Shown: one piece after another, positions 1-10,378 of the stretch
How the letters are laid out: each line of letters starts with the position of its first letter
Position numbering within the stretch: position 1 is the first letter of the stretch
Source of the DNA: a bacterium
Lineage (GTDB): Bacteria; Bacillota; Clostridia; Christensenellales; UBA3700
DNA: 64,000 bases
Direction of reading: 5' to 3'
Assembly (NCBI GenBank): GCA_963592135.1
Contig: CAVAVP010000013.1
Span: 22,115 to 86,114 of the forward strand
Notes under the pieces: generated by a model
Told to the model about the DNA's origin: nothing
Database searches by the model: none
Seen by the model: only the letters and a program-made list of their open reading frames with translations
Position numbers and translations under genes: made by a program

Positions 1-1343
1 TAACCTACTATTAAATTAGAATACTTTTTCCACTTTCCGCTATAGAAACACCCAACAGCAACAAGCATACCAAGTATCCATCCAACAGGCCATGACCACC
101 AAACGCCATTAACACCAATAAATCTTGTAAATACAAATACACACGCAACTCTAACAAACAAATCGGTAAATGTAGATAGCATAAAATGCTTCATGTCTCC
201 AGAACCCCTAAGCGCCCCATCTGCAACGATTTTCGCTGATACAACAAAGTAAAACGGACTTATAACTCTAAGCATTGTAACACCCGTATTTAAAGCATCC
301 GCCGAAGCATTTACATCTAGGAACAATCCTACCGTATATTTTCCAAAGAACATAAATGCTATAAATAATGGCACTGCAACAATCCATGCAAGCATTTGCC
401 CCCAATTAAATCCGCCTTTTATTCTATCCAAATTCTTAGCACCTATATTTTGTGCAACATATGCAGATACACCATTAGCAACTGCAAAAAATGCTGATGT
501 TACAATATTTATTAATTTTATTGCGGCTGTATATCCTGCAATTATTGAATCTCCATAATTATTAACCACACCTTGAATTGCAATATTACCAATAGATACG
601 GATAGTTGTTGTAAAATACTTGGAATAGCAACAATTAGTAATTTTTTCAATATAACTTTAGAAAATTTTTCATATTTTTCACTTTCTAATTTTTTTAATT
701 TTAGATATAAAAACGCAATTGCAAGTAAACAACTTAATCCTTGGCATATAAATGTTGCCCAGGCAACACCTTTAACACCCATATTAAATACACTTACAAA
801 TAAAATATCTATTAAAATATTAGAAACAGATGATATGGCCAAAAATATAAATGGTGTTTTTGAATCCCCCATCGCAGAAAATACACCCGTACATATGTTG
901 TAGAAAAATACAAATGGCATTCCCGCTGTATATATGTATAAATAATCTAACGAATCTTGGAAAATAGTATCTGGAGTATTTATTAAACGAAGCATTGGAA
1001 TTAAACAAGAAAATCCTAGTCCCATTAAAACCAAACATAGTACCGCGAAAGATACAAATGATGTGGAAATTGAAGTTTTTAATGCCTTATAATCTTTAGC
1101 TCCAAAAAACTGAGAAGCTATAACCGAACAGGCAACATTACTGCCTACCGCAAATGCTGTATAAATTAAAGTTATTTCAGATGCATTGCCAACAGCAGCT
1201 AGCGCAAGTTCACCTATAAAACGCCCAGCAACAACACTATCTGCTAAATTATATAATTGTTGAAAAACTACACTACCTAAAAGAGGTATTGTATATGCCC
1301 ATAAAGCCTTTCGAATATTACCTTCAACTAAACTTTTATTCAT
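1..1343 (-). CDS. MATE family efflux transporter; the 3' end runs off the window, about 447 codons are visible
   Basis: A stop-free minus-strand frame runs from the ATG at 1343-1341 to the window edge. It translates as MNKSLVEGNIRKALWAYTIPLLGSVVFQQLYNLADSVVAGRFIG... and is hydrophobic throughout with a multi-TM profile, as in NorM/MATE. It is absent from the ORF track because no stop lies inside the window. Confidence 0.8.
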   Translation of the reverse strand, partial: MNKSLVEGNIRKALWAYTIPLLGSVVFQQLYNLADSVVAGRFIGELALAAVGNASEITLIYTAFAVGSNVACSVIASQFFGAKDYKALKTSISTSFVSFAVLCLVLMGLGFSCLIPMLRLINTPDTIFQDSLDYLYIYTAGMPFVFFYNICTGVFSAMGDSKTPFIFLAISSVSNILIDILFVSVFNMGVKGVAWATFICQGLSCLLAIAFLYLKLKKLESEKYEKFSKVILKKLLIVAIPSILQQLSVSIGNIAIQGVVNNYGDSIIAGYTAAIKLINIVTSAFFAVANGVSAYVAQNIGAKNLDRIKGGFNWGQMLAWIVAVPLFIAFMFFGKYTVGLFLDVNASADALNTGVTMLRVISPFYFVVSAKIVADGALRGSGDMKHFMLSTFTDLFVRVACVFVFTRFIGVNGVWWSWPVGWILGMLVAVGCFYSGKWKKYSNLIVG

Positions 1344-1411
1344 CGGCAAAAATTATAGGACTAAAATTTTAAATTTTGCAACCAAATTAAATATTGTTTT
1401 ATATAAACAAT

Positions 1412-2425
1412 CTATGTGGATATAGATTTTTCTATATATTCACTTGCATATTGATAATTTGAAATGGTTGTTGAATAATCATCATAATAAAAATAAGTTT
1501 TATAGTCATTTGCCGATTTTACATTGGAAATAATGCCATAAGCTTTTGGAGAAAACCACTCGTCATATGAAAAGAACTCTTTAAATCTTCCATTATCCCA
1601 TATTTGAATAGTTTCTGTAACTTCAGTGTATTTTGCGTTCGAATCTCCAGTGCCTGACACTAGTTCTAAAAGCGAGGTCCCTAGCGTTTTTTCTTTTGTA
1701 CAGTCTAGTTTAACTTCTATCTCATAGTAGCCCTCAATACTATTATATTCCACGGAAGCTTCTTTTATAGTGTCTAAATCCCACACAAATGAACAATAAA
1801 ATTCAGATTCATCTAAAGATTCACTAAAATATTTTGGAATTTCTAGAGATTTTTCACTGTTTTCAAAATAAAGTTTATTCCAATTAACACCAAACTTTAC
1901 TGTATCTTCAATCTTTTCATAATTTAATTCCTTGGCTTTTTGGTCAAACCCGCGACATAAATCTAAATTTTAATATAATCTATATGCATAGTTTGTGGTT
2001 TCAGCAGCCGCTGCCTTTACTATACCATTAACTCCACCGTCTGGAACATAAAAATAATCCGTATTAAAATACTCATTTCCATTTTTAACAAAGTATCTAA
2101 CTCCACCTGTATCCATACCTAATACCTCAGTCTCATTAGTTACTTTCCAAGCAACTTTGGAATCATTTTTTAAATTTAAGTAAGCAAGTTTATGTAAATT
2201 AATAACAAATTGTTTAATTTCAGTTTCATCACTAGATGAAGGCATAATTATATCCTCAAGTTTAGAGCCGCTCGGTCTTATAGAATTATTCATTTGAGCA
2301 GTATAGTCTTTTTCATCTATTTTTAATTTTGAGCAAGCGGTCACAAATAAAATTTCGAAAATAATCACGAAACTTATCATTGAAAATTTAAGAAAGTTTG
2401 TACATATTTTTTTACAATTTTTCAT
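1412..2425 (-). pseudogene. Putative lipoprotein gene interrupted by one in-frame TAA at 1970-1972
   Basis: Track ORFs 1970..2458 and 1412..1786 share one frame, and the 61 codons between them contain no stop and no ATG. The likely start is the ATG at 2425, with GAAGGG 7 nt upstream. The signal peptide ends in the lipobox VTAC. Confidence 0.5.
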
Positions 2426-2536
2426 AACCATGCCCTTCACACTAGTAAAATACAGCATAAACAGAAAAATATAGTCAACATGTGTGCTTGTGTAATTTCC
2501 TTTACGTATGGTAATATTTACATAAGAGAGGTTATT

Positions 2537-5476
2537 ATGGCTTTTGATAAAAAGGTTTTCAAAAAAGGACTACTTGAACCTAATCATGTAAAAAACATTA
2601 TCTCAATTAGGTGCAAATGTCATACTAAAATTGGAAATTTAAAAGCATCGGTTATTAAATCTGACGAACCTATTGCATTTAAAGATTTAGATCAATCTAA
2701 ATTTGTTCCTATTGTTAAATGGCAAAAATGGGCAAATAAATTTGGTTGTGCATGGTTCCATTTCAAGGGAAAAGTTTCAAATAAAGCAACGGGCAAACAT
2801 GTTGTTTGTAGACTAAAACTTCAAGGCGAGGGACTTGTATTTAATCAAGATGGGCAAGTTCTTCAAGGTGTAACTCAAGTTTTATCTAAAGGCGATGTTT
2901 TCCACTCTTTAATGGGAAAACAAATTATAGATATTTCTAGAAACTCAACTGGAGATGAAGAAATAGACTTTTTTATTGATGCTGGATTTAATGGAAAACT
3001 TCGTTTTGAACATTTGGTTGCAAGATTAAGAAGATTTGATATTTGTATTGAGCATGATGATATTATTCAATATTACTACGATTATATAGATTTATTTTTC
3101 TTAATGATGAAACTTGACGAAAATAGTGAAAGATACAAACAATTAAGCAAAGTTTTAAAAGAAAGTTTTAAAATCTTTAGAAAAACTGGAGCAACTAGTG
3201 CTCGCGAATACATAAAGCCATATCAATATAAAGAAGGCGATTATCCAAAAACAAAACTTTATTGCATAGGACATGGTCATATAGACCTTGCGTGGCTTTG
3301 GCCAATACGTGAAACCAAACGTAAAATTGCAAGGACTTTTGGCAACCAATTACGTAATATAGATATTTACGATGATTATATATTTGCTGAATCTCAACCT
3401 CAAATGTTTAAATGGCTAAAAGAAGGATACCCTGACCTTTATGAAAAGGTAAAAACTCAAGTAAAAAATGGCAGAATAGAACTCCAAGGTGGAAACTGGG
3501 TTGAAGCAGATTGTAATTTAACTGGCGGAGAATCATGGATTAGACAATCCTTATATGGTCAAAGATTTTGGAAAGAAGAATTTGATTTTAAATCTAATAT
3601 GTGCTGGCTCCCAGATGCATTTGGATTCCCCGCTTCACTTCCACAAGTTTTTAGAAAATGTGGTATGAAATATTTTATGACAATTAAAATTATTTCAAAT
3701 ACAGTAAATCAATTCCCTCATAAAACCTTCTTTTGGGAAGGAATTGATGGTTCTACTATACTTACTCACATGGAGCCACAAGGAGACTATAACTCTGGGG
3801 CTACACCTTTTGCCATATACAAGTCAGATCAAAGAAATACAGAAAGAGACACCATAGACAAAGCTTTACAAATATTTGGCGATGGCGACGGCGGCGGCGG
3901 TCCTAGCGATGGACATATTGAATTTGTAAAAAGACATAAAGTTTGCCATACAAGCAAGGCTGTTGACTTCTTTAATGACCTTGAAAAAGAAGATTCTGAT
4001 GCTATAGTTACACATAAAGGCGAATTATATTATGAAAGGCATCAAGGAACTTACACTTCTCAAGCAAATAGCAAAAAATGGAATAGAAGAATAGAAGAAC
4101 AACTTCACAAGTTTGATTGGCTTGCTTCTTTTGCTTATTTACAAGGCATTTCATTTGACAAGAAAAAATACGATGAAATTTGGCAAGAAGTTTTACTTTA
4201 TCAATTCCATGACATAATTCCAGGTTCATCAATAAAGAGAGTTTACGATGAATCTATTGCAAGATATAAAGAAATGAGTGAAGAATTAAAAGAAATGGAA
4301 GATAACCTACTAACTCAACTTTCAAGCAATACTGATACAACAATAATCAACCCTATAGACTTTAAAAGACATGAATATATAAAGGAAAATAATAAATGGT
4401 ACGAAGCTATCCTTGACAAGTTCTCTACAGGCAAGTTAAGTCCATTATCCAAAGATAGCTCTAAACTTATAGCTGAAGGAAATATTATAGAAAATGATAA
4501 AATAAGAATTGCTTTTGGAAAAGATGGCTCTATCTTATCTTTATATGACAAAAACAGTGACAAAGAACTTGTGAAAGATTACTTTAATAAGTTTGTAATA
4601 TATGATGACCCATTTATGTTTTATAATGCATGGGATATTAGGTCAGATTATATGGACCTTAATAAATGGGAGCCTACTTTACAGCAATCTACATCTTATA
4701 TAGATGGACCGCTTGTAATTAGAGAATCTACATATACATACAATAAATCAAAAATTATTCAAAAGGTTATATTATCTTTAAATGATTCCATGGTAAAGTT
4801 TGACACAACTATTGATTGGCATGAAGATATGAAACTACTTAGAGTAAACTTTGTTCCTACTATTTTTAATGATAACGTTACTTGTAATATTCCTTGGGGT
4901 AATTTTGATAGATCTACTAGGGAAGACAATTCTGTTGAAAAAGCTCAATTTGAAATTTGTGCTCAAAAATACATACATCTTCAAAATAACAATTACGGTT
5001 GGGCCTTATTAAATAATTGTAAATATGGCCATCGAGTAAAAAATGGATTTGTTTCTCTTGCACTTCTTCGTGCTCCAAAATTTCCAGATCCTACCTGCGA
5101 TAGAGGGTTGCATAAATTTACTTATGCCATATACCCTCATAGTGGTTCATTTGAAGATAGTGATGTTTTAGCAAAAGGCTATATTCTAAATAATGAAGTT
5201 GAAATTTCAAATAAAAATATCGAAATTAAGCCTATTATAGAAACAACTACAAAAAATATAACCATTGAAACAATTAAAGTCGCAGAAAATAGAGAAGGTA
5301 TTATAGTACGTGCATATGAAACTACTGGAAATAAAGCAAAGGTAACATTTAATACTTCTTATAATTTCTCTAAGGTTTATGAAACCGACATGTTGGAAAA
5401 TATAGAAAATGAAACTAAACTTGAAAATCTAACATTTGATCCTTATGAAATAAAAACTTTATTATTAAAAAAATAA
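2537..5476 (+). CDS. Alpha-mannosidase, glycoside hydrolase family 38
   Basis: The protein carries GHGHIDLAWLWP (GH38 HxHxD..WLW metal site), QFHDIIPGSSI, and has a size near 980 aa. The likely start is ATG 2537 (MAFDKK), preceded by AGAGAGG. Confidence 0.85.
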   Translation: MAFDKKVFKKGLLEPNHVKNIISIRCKCHTKIGNLKASVIKSDEPIAFKDLDQSKFVPIVKWQKWANKFGCAWFHFKGKVSNKATGKHVVCRLKLQGEGLVFNQDGQVLQGVTQVLSKGDVFHSLMGKQIIDISRNSTGDEEIDFFIDAGFNGKLRFEHLVARLRRFDICIEHDDIIQYYYDYIDLFFLMMKLDENSERYKQLSKVLKESFKIFRKTGATSAREYIKPYQYKEGDYPKTKLYCIGHGHIDLAWLWPIRETKRKIARTFGNQLRNIDIYDDYIFAESQPQMFKWLKEGYPDLYEKVKTQVKNGRIELQGGNWVEADCNLTGGESWIRQSLYGQRFWKEEFDFKSNMCWLPDAFGFPASLPQVFRKCGMKYFMTIKIISNTVNQFPHKTFFWEGIDGSTILTHMEPQGDYNSGATPFAIYKSDQRNTERDTIDKALQIFGDGDGGGGPSDGHIEFVKRHKVCHTSKAVDFFNDLEKEDSDAIVTHKGELYYERHQGTYTSQANSKKWNRRIEEQLHKFDWLASFAYLQGISFDKKKYDEIWQEVLLYQFHDIIPGSSIKRVYDESIARYKEMSEELKEMEDNLLTQLSSNTDTTIINPIDFKRHEYIKENNKWYEAILDKFSTGKLSPLSKDSSKLIAEGNIIENDKIRIAFGKDGSILSLYDKNSDKELVKDYFNKFVIYDDPFMFYNAWDIRSDYMDLNKWEPTLQQSTSYIDGPLVIRESTYTYNKSKIIQKVILSLNDSMVKFDTTIDWHEDMKLLRVNFVPTIFNDNVTCNIPWGNFDRSTREDNSVEKAQFEICAQKYIHLQNNNYGWALLNNCKYGHRVKNGFVSLALLRAPKFPDPTCDRGLHKFTYAIYPHSGSFEDSDVLAKGYILNNEVEISNKNIEIKPIIETTTKNITIETIKVAENREGIIVRAYETTGNKAKVTFNTSYNFSKVYETDMLENIENETKLENLTFDPYEIKTLLLKK

Positions 5477-5495
5477 AATTAAAAGCAAAGCCAAA

Positions 5496-5535
5496 AAGAG
5501 GCGACTTTTATTTAATAAGTCGCCTCTTAATTTTT
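5496..5535. terminator. Bidirectional intrinsic terminator between the convergent mannosidase and aspartokinase genes
   Basis: A perfect 12-bp stem AAGAGGCGACTT / AAGTCGCCTCTT with a 9-nt loop is flanked by an A-run upstream and a T-run downstream. Confidence 0.8.
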
Positions 5536-5550
5536 ATTTCTTACTTAATA

Positions 5551-6876
5551 TTAATAGAATGCATGATAAATAGCATTAATAGCCTTATTATAATCTTGCT
5601 CAGAAACACCAACTATTATGTTTAATTCACTAGAACCTTGATCTAGCATTCTTATATTTACATTTGCTTGAGCTAAAGCAGTACAAAGTTTTGCTGAAGT
5701 TCCTGGAGTAAAGCTCATACCATGGCCTACTGTTGCAATCAAAGCAATACCTTTTTTAATCTCAATATGATCAGGATTAACTGCATTTCTTATTTTTTCT
5801 ATAACTACATCTTCCTTTCCTGCAATTTCAGAATCTGCTATTACTACGCTCATTGTGTCAATACCACTTGGAATATGTTCGACAGATATATTGTAATACT
5901 CTAATGCTGTTAAAACTTTTCTCATAAATGCTATTTCATTATTCATCATTGATTTTTCAATAAAAATAATACTATAACCTTTTTTTCCAGCAATTCCTGT
6001 TACTACTCTTTTGTCTGTATTTGCTGGAATTTTAGGCACAATTAATGTTCCTTTATTATTTGGCTCAAATGTATTTTTAATATTAATTGGAATACCACAT
6101 GCTCTAACTGGGAATATAGAATCTGGATGTAAAACATTGGCCCCCATATAAGATAATTCTCTTAATTCTTTATAAGATAAAACTTCAATACCTTTAGGAG
6201 CTTCAACAATTCTTGGGTCTACGACCAAAAATCCATTAACATCTGTCCAATTTTCATATAATGTAGCTTTCTTAGCTCTTGCTATTACTGCACCTGACAC
6301 ATCTGAGCCACCTCTTGAGAATGTATGAATTGTACCAAACTCATCAGCTCCATAAAAGCCCGGAATTACAGCTTTATTATAGTTCTTTAAAATAGATGCA
6401 ACTTTTTCGTTTGTTTCTTCAGGCATAAACATACCATCAGGTGAAAATACCATAATATCCTTTGCATCGATAAAATCAAAACCTAATCTTTGAGCCATAA
6501 CAACAGCGCTTAAATATTCGCCTCTTGAGGCACAATATTCTGCTGAATGAAATTGTATCATTTCCTTTTCAACTTTATCTAAATATGGGTTAATATCAAA
6601 GTTTAATTTTAAATCTGAAACAATGCTTGTAAATCTATCTCTAATTTTCTGAAAATTATCTTTACACTCACCTTTAAACTCTAAATCGTAAAAGCATTTA
6701 TATAATAAATCGGTTACCTTTATATCGTCTTTAAATCTTTTACCTGGGGCTGAAACTACAACATATCTTCTAGTTTTGTCACTTAGAATAATATCAGCAC
6801 ACTTGTTGATTGATTCTGCAGTGGCCATCGATGTACCACCAAATTTTGCAACTTTAAGTTCCATTTTTTTCTCCAA
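5551..6876 (-). CDS. Aspartate kinase
   Basis: The N-terminus VAKFGGTSMATAESI is the aspartokinase kinase-domain signature. The protein is 441 aa with a C-terminal ACT-like region. Confidence 0.85.
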   Translation of the reverse strand: MEKKMELKVAKFGGTSMATAESINKCADIILSDKTRRYVVVSAPGKRFKDDIKVTDLLYKCFYDLEFKGECKDNFQKIRDRFTSIVSDLKLNFDINPYLDKVEKEMIQFHSAEYCASRGEYLSAVVMAQRLGFDFIDAKDIMVFSPDGMFMPEETNEKVASILKNYNKAVIPGFYGADEFGTIHTFSRGGSDVSGAVIARAKKATLYENWTDVNGFLVVDPRIVEAPKGIEVLSYKELRELSYMGANVLHPDSIFPVRACGIPINIKNTFEPNNKGTLIVPKIPANTDKRVVTGIAGKKGYSIIFIEKSMMNNEIAFMRKVLTALEYYNISVEHIPSGIDTMSVVIADSEIAGKEDVVIEKIRNAVNPDHIEIKKGIALIATVGHGMSFTPGTSAKLCTALAQANVNIRMLDQGSSELNIIVGVSEQDYNKAINAIYHAFY

Positions 6877-6940
6877 TAGAAATTTTAATATAATTAATTT
6901 TAATTACTCGTAGAGTTTTACGCAACTAATTTAACATTGA

Positions 6941-8170
6941 TTAGTAAAGCCTTTGGGATTCTAAATAATATCTTTTACTCTCAGCCGAGCCTATAGAAAA
7001 CGACTTTCTTGGCATTACACCATTTTTTACAACATAATCAAATAATGTATTTTTTTCAACTTTTGGCATAAATATTGCAACGCCTTTTTCTTTTTCTATA
7101 AGTTCTCTTAAATGACTATCTCCATGTATGTAATCTAATGAAACTTTGCCATTTTGTGCTAGGTAGTCATCTATTGCTTTTTGAATATCCGCAATAGCTA
7201 TTGTTGGGTCTTTATTTACCGAAATTAATTCCTCTTTATTACCATAAACTACTCTTATATTTCCATCGCCTTTTAATTGTTCTTTTAAGTATTTTATAAA
7301 AGTAGAATTTGCATTTTTTAGGAATCTATGAATTGGTTCAAAAACAATTGATGTATCATGAATATTTTGAAGTTCACATAAAGCATATCTTGTTGGATGT
7401 TTTTTTATCTCTTCTTCTGATAGATTTTTCTTTATTAGGTTCCAACATTCTTTAGCAGTAGCAAGCGAATGATTACCATCTCCTACAACAAATAAAAGCT
7501 CGTCTTCTATGCCATATTTTTCTCTTAATAATTCTTTATTTAAAAGTGAGTCAATAGTCTTTTTGACTTCGCTTGAATTAGAAACTTCATAACCAGTTAT
7601 ATGTCCACCATTCATATTTAATTCAAAATCATAAAGTTTGTTATAACTTTCTTTATTCTTTTTAATTAAACCAAACACTTTGTCCTGTAAATCATCCATA
7701 AACAAACATATATGTGGCAAATCAAGTGTTGCGTCTTTTCTAATTTCAACTCTAACGGGAAGTCTTTCTTTAACCGTTTTTTCTGTTGCTCTTATAGGCA
7801 TTTTTGCTTTAGGAGAATAATCATATGCTTCTAGGTCTACACATATAATCAACCCTTTTCTAATTAGACTATCCGTTAGTTTTCTTTCAACATAAATAAA
7901 GTTATTTACCTTATTAAACAAATTAGATTCGAGATATTCTTTCATCTTGTCATTTATTTCTTTAACAGCTTTCTTTTGATCTACCTTATTTAAATAGACT
8001 TCCGGAAATATTAAATTTAAAGTTGAGGGAGCATCTTGAATATATTCTTTTAATTGTTCCCAATATCCTTCTTGAGATGTAAATTGATCACAAGCGATAA
8101 CTGACCATTTTTCCAGGTCAGTTTTCTCGTTTGGTAATAATATTTTTGGAATTTTTATATAACTATTCAT
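6941..8170 (-). CDS. DUF1015 family protein
   Basis: The 409-aa protein has WSVIACDQFTSQEGYW near the N-terminus and PIRATEKTVKERLPVRVEIRK...LPHICLFMDD blocks, which match my recollection of DUF1015. Confidence 0.6.
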   Translation of the reverse strand: MNSYIKIPKILLPNEKTDLEKWSVIACDQFTSQEGYWEQLKEYIQDAPSTLNLIFPEVYLNKVDQKKAVKEINDKMKEYLESNLFNKVNNFIYVERKLTDSLIRKGLIICVDLEAYDYSPKAKMPIRATEKTVKERLPVRVEIRKDATLDLPHICLFMDDLQDKVFGLIKKNKESYNKLYDFELNMNGGHITGYEVSNSSEVKKTIDSLLNKELLREKYGIEDELLFVVGDGNHSLATAKECWNLIKKNLSEEEIKKHPTRYALCELQNIHDTSIVFEPIHRFLKNANSTFIKYLKEQLKGDGNIRVVYGNKEELISVNKDPTIAIADIQKAIDDYLAQNGKVSLDYIHGDSHLRELIEKEKGVAIFMPKVEKNTLFDYVVKNGVMPRKSFSIGSAESKRYYLESQRLY

Positions 8171-8173
8171 AAG

Positions 8174-9028
8174 TTAAATAAATTTCTTTTTATCTACTTT
8201 CTTCTTTTCTTGTTTTGGAGCAGCTGAAATATTATAAGCACCTTTAATTTCGCCTAATAATTTATCTGGAGTTTGCCATCTTCTAATCTTTCCGTTTTCA
8301 ACAACTGAAATAATACCTGTTTCCTCGGATGCAACAATAGCAAATACATCACTTTCTTCTGTTATTCCAATTGCAGCTCTATGTCTTGTTCCTAATTCCT
8401 TTGCTATATCTACTTCCTTTGATAATGGCAAGAAACATCCTGCAGATAATATTTTATTTCCTCTAATAACAACAGCGCCATCATGCATAGGGCCTTTTGT
8501 CGAGAAAATAGATTCAAGCAAGCCTGCTGAAACTAAAGCATTTAATTGAGTACCAGTGTCTAGTATTCTATCAGGAACTGTTGTCCTTAAAATTATAATC
8601 AATGCACCAACTTTATTCTTTGACATATTTTGACAAGCAGTAACAATCTCGTGAGTTGCATTTAATAATGCTTCTTCCGATGTATCTCCGTCATATGCTT
8701 TGTCTGAGTTTCTAACGATTTTTGCAAATAAAACCTTGAAATCACTTTGATAAACTATAACAACTAAAACTATTAAGAATATTGTAGTAAACTCTAATAA
8801 TTTTAATGTTATTTTTAATACATCTCCACCAACAACTATACTTAAAACGTAAATTGCAATATATAATAACATATAAATTGACAAGAACACTGCCATCTTA
8901 ATTGCTTGGTGTCTTTTAAAGAACATAAACAATAATACTGCTATTATTAAAAACATCACAAGGTCAACAATTGACCATAGTGACATTTGTTTAAAATATT
9001 CTGTCAAACTTGAACTTAATAAATACAT
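8174..9028 (-). CDS. cdaA: Diadenylate cyclase CdaA (c-di-AMP synthase)
   Basis: Three N-terminal TM segments are followed by a DAC domain with motifs GALIIIL, DGAVVIRG and TRHRAAIGITEESDVFAIVASEETG. Confidence 0.9.
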   Translation of the reverse strand: MYLLSSSLTEYFKQMSLWSIVDLVMFLIIAVLLFMFFKRHQAIKMAVFLSIYMLLYIAIYVLSIVVGGDVLKITLKLLEFTTIFLIVLVVIVYQSDFKVLFAKIVRNSDKAYDGDTSEEALLNATHEIVTACQNMSKNKVGALIIILRTTVPDRILDTGTQLNALVSAGLLESIFSTKGPMHDGAVVIRGNKILSAGCFLPLSKEVDIAKELGTRHRAAIGITEESDVFAIVASEETGIISVVENGKIRRWQTPDKLLGEIKGAYNISAAPKQEKKKVDKKKFI

Positions 9029-9088
9029 ATTTATCTCCTCAATTGATTACTATAATATTATAGTATTATTAATAATAAAATCAATTAT

Positions 9089-10378
9089 TTATTGAAAGAC
9101 ATCATCTGAATCATTATCATTTTGTTTTTCTTCTTCAAAGACATCTTCCTCGTTTTTGCTTTCTTTTATTTTATTTTGCATGCCTTCATTTAGAACTTTA
9201 TATAAATCCTTATTTGTCTTTAAATTATTAATAGAAACTCTTGCTAATATTATTATCACAATGATTATTAATAATTTAATTCCTATTCCAAAAATATAAG
9301 CTGCAGTATTTCCTTGAGCAAACGTACTTATTTCATCAGGTTTTTCTAATATGTTTAATAAAGAATCTTGATTTACTACAATTGTAGAAATTGTTGAATT
9401 TAATACAGTATTTAATTGATTAACAATGTAATCTTTGCCTACCCTTTTTACCATTGTTTCAAGATTATCATTTCCAGTTTCATAAACATTTTCTTCACCT
9501 TTTTTCTCGCTCCAGGATGGATTTCCTTTATCTTCCCAGTTGAATGAAGCATAAGAAAGTGTTGGAATAAGTTCATTCATAAAATAAACATGATTACCAA
9601 ACATTCCAAAGTGGGAATATGAATAAATAGAATTTTCAGCCAAAGCAGAATCCATTATTCTTTTATTTACTGGAACTTTTTTAGTATTTAATCCATTTGT
9701 ATTAGCAACCTGATAAAAATATTCATTGTAATTCACACTCTTGTCTCTACTATACATGTATAAGTTATCTCCCGAGCCTAACATTGAGTAATTTATCATT
9801 AATTGAATATTTGCCTTTTCTTTAGCGCTTAATTTGTTTAAATAATATTTTGCGCCATACCAAGTTTTAACGCCTGCTCCAAAAAATACTATTTCTAAAT
9901 CATAATTTAAATCTTTGTCCTGTAAATATTTAGCAAGGGTAACAAGTGTGGCTATTGCTGCCCCTGATTCATAAGCTCCATCAGGGCTAGAGGTATAGTA
10001 TGAATAGCAATTATCCCATTGACATCCTATAATTATTTTTTTGTCCGTATTTGGATTATCTTTTAAACAAACAATATTGCTAGTTTCAAAACTCTTAGAA
10101 TCGATTAGAACGGTAAAATTTTGCTTTTCTACATTGTATCCATATGAAGAAATTATTGACTGAAGTTCATTTACAAAATCTTCACTTTCATGGGATATTG
10201 TACTTCTATTTGGATAATATTCACCAATATCTTCAAGTAAAGAATAGGCACTTTCTCCAAGAGCATAATTCTCAGATTTTTCTACATCTTCATAAGTTTT
10301 ACCTGAACAAGCAAAACAAGAACATAAAATGGCTAGTACTAATACAATTATAGTTATTAAATAGGTTTCCTTTCTCAT
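9089..10378 (-). CDS. M28 peptidase-like lipoprotein with a C-terminal TM anchor, probably non-catalytic
   Basis: The signal peptide has a Cys lipobox (LCSCFACSG). The M28-like core is IIIGCQWDN...GAYESGAAIATLVTLAKYL...EIVFFGAG, but the canonical H/D/EE metal and catalytic positions appear substituted. The tail is acidic. Confidence 0.4.
   Translation of the reverse strand: MRKETYLITIIVLVLAILCSCFACSGKTYEDVEKSENYALGESAYSLLEDIGEYYPNRSTISHESEDFVNELQSIISSYGYNVEKQNFTVLIDSKSFETSNIVCLKDNPNTDKKIIIGCQWDNCYSYYTSSPDGAYESGAAIATLVTLAKYLQDKDLNYDLEIVFFGAGVKTWYGAKYYLNKLSAKEKANIQLMINYSMLGSGDNLYMYSRDKSVNYNEYFYQVANTNGLNTKKVPVNKRIMDSALAENSIYSYSHFGMFGNHVYFMNELIPTLSYASFNWEDKGNPSWSEKKGEENVYETGNDNLETMVKRVGKDYIVNQLNTVLNSTISTIVVNQDSLLNILEKPDEISTFAQGNTAAYIFGIGIKLLIIIVIIILARVSINNLKTNKDLYKVLNEGMQNKIKESKNEEDVFEEEKQNDNDSDDVFQ

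Noticed and set aside
820-1038. The 72-aa ORF in the supplied track.
   Set aside because: It lies in a different frame inside the continuous ~447-codon MATE transporter frame and has no independent support.
1970-1972. The in-frame TAA might indicate stop-codon reassignment or an alternative genetic code.
   Set aside because: All ~90 other genes in the window, including every ribosomal protein, read full length under the standard code. TAA is used as a genuine terminator many times, and Trp is encoded by TGG. One interrupted accessory gene is better explained by a mutation or an error.
5551-6940. A lysine riboswitch upstream of aspartokinase, or a T-box upstream of lysS (56071).
   Set aside because: The aspartokinase upstream spacer is only 64 nt, and lysS starts 1 nt after greA. 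Neither leaves room for such leaders.
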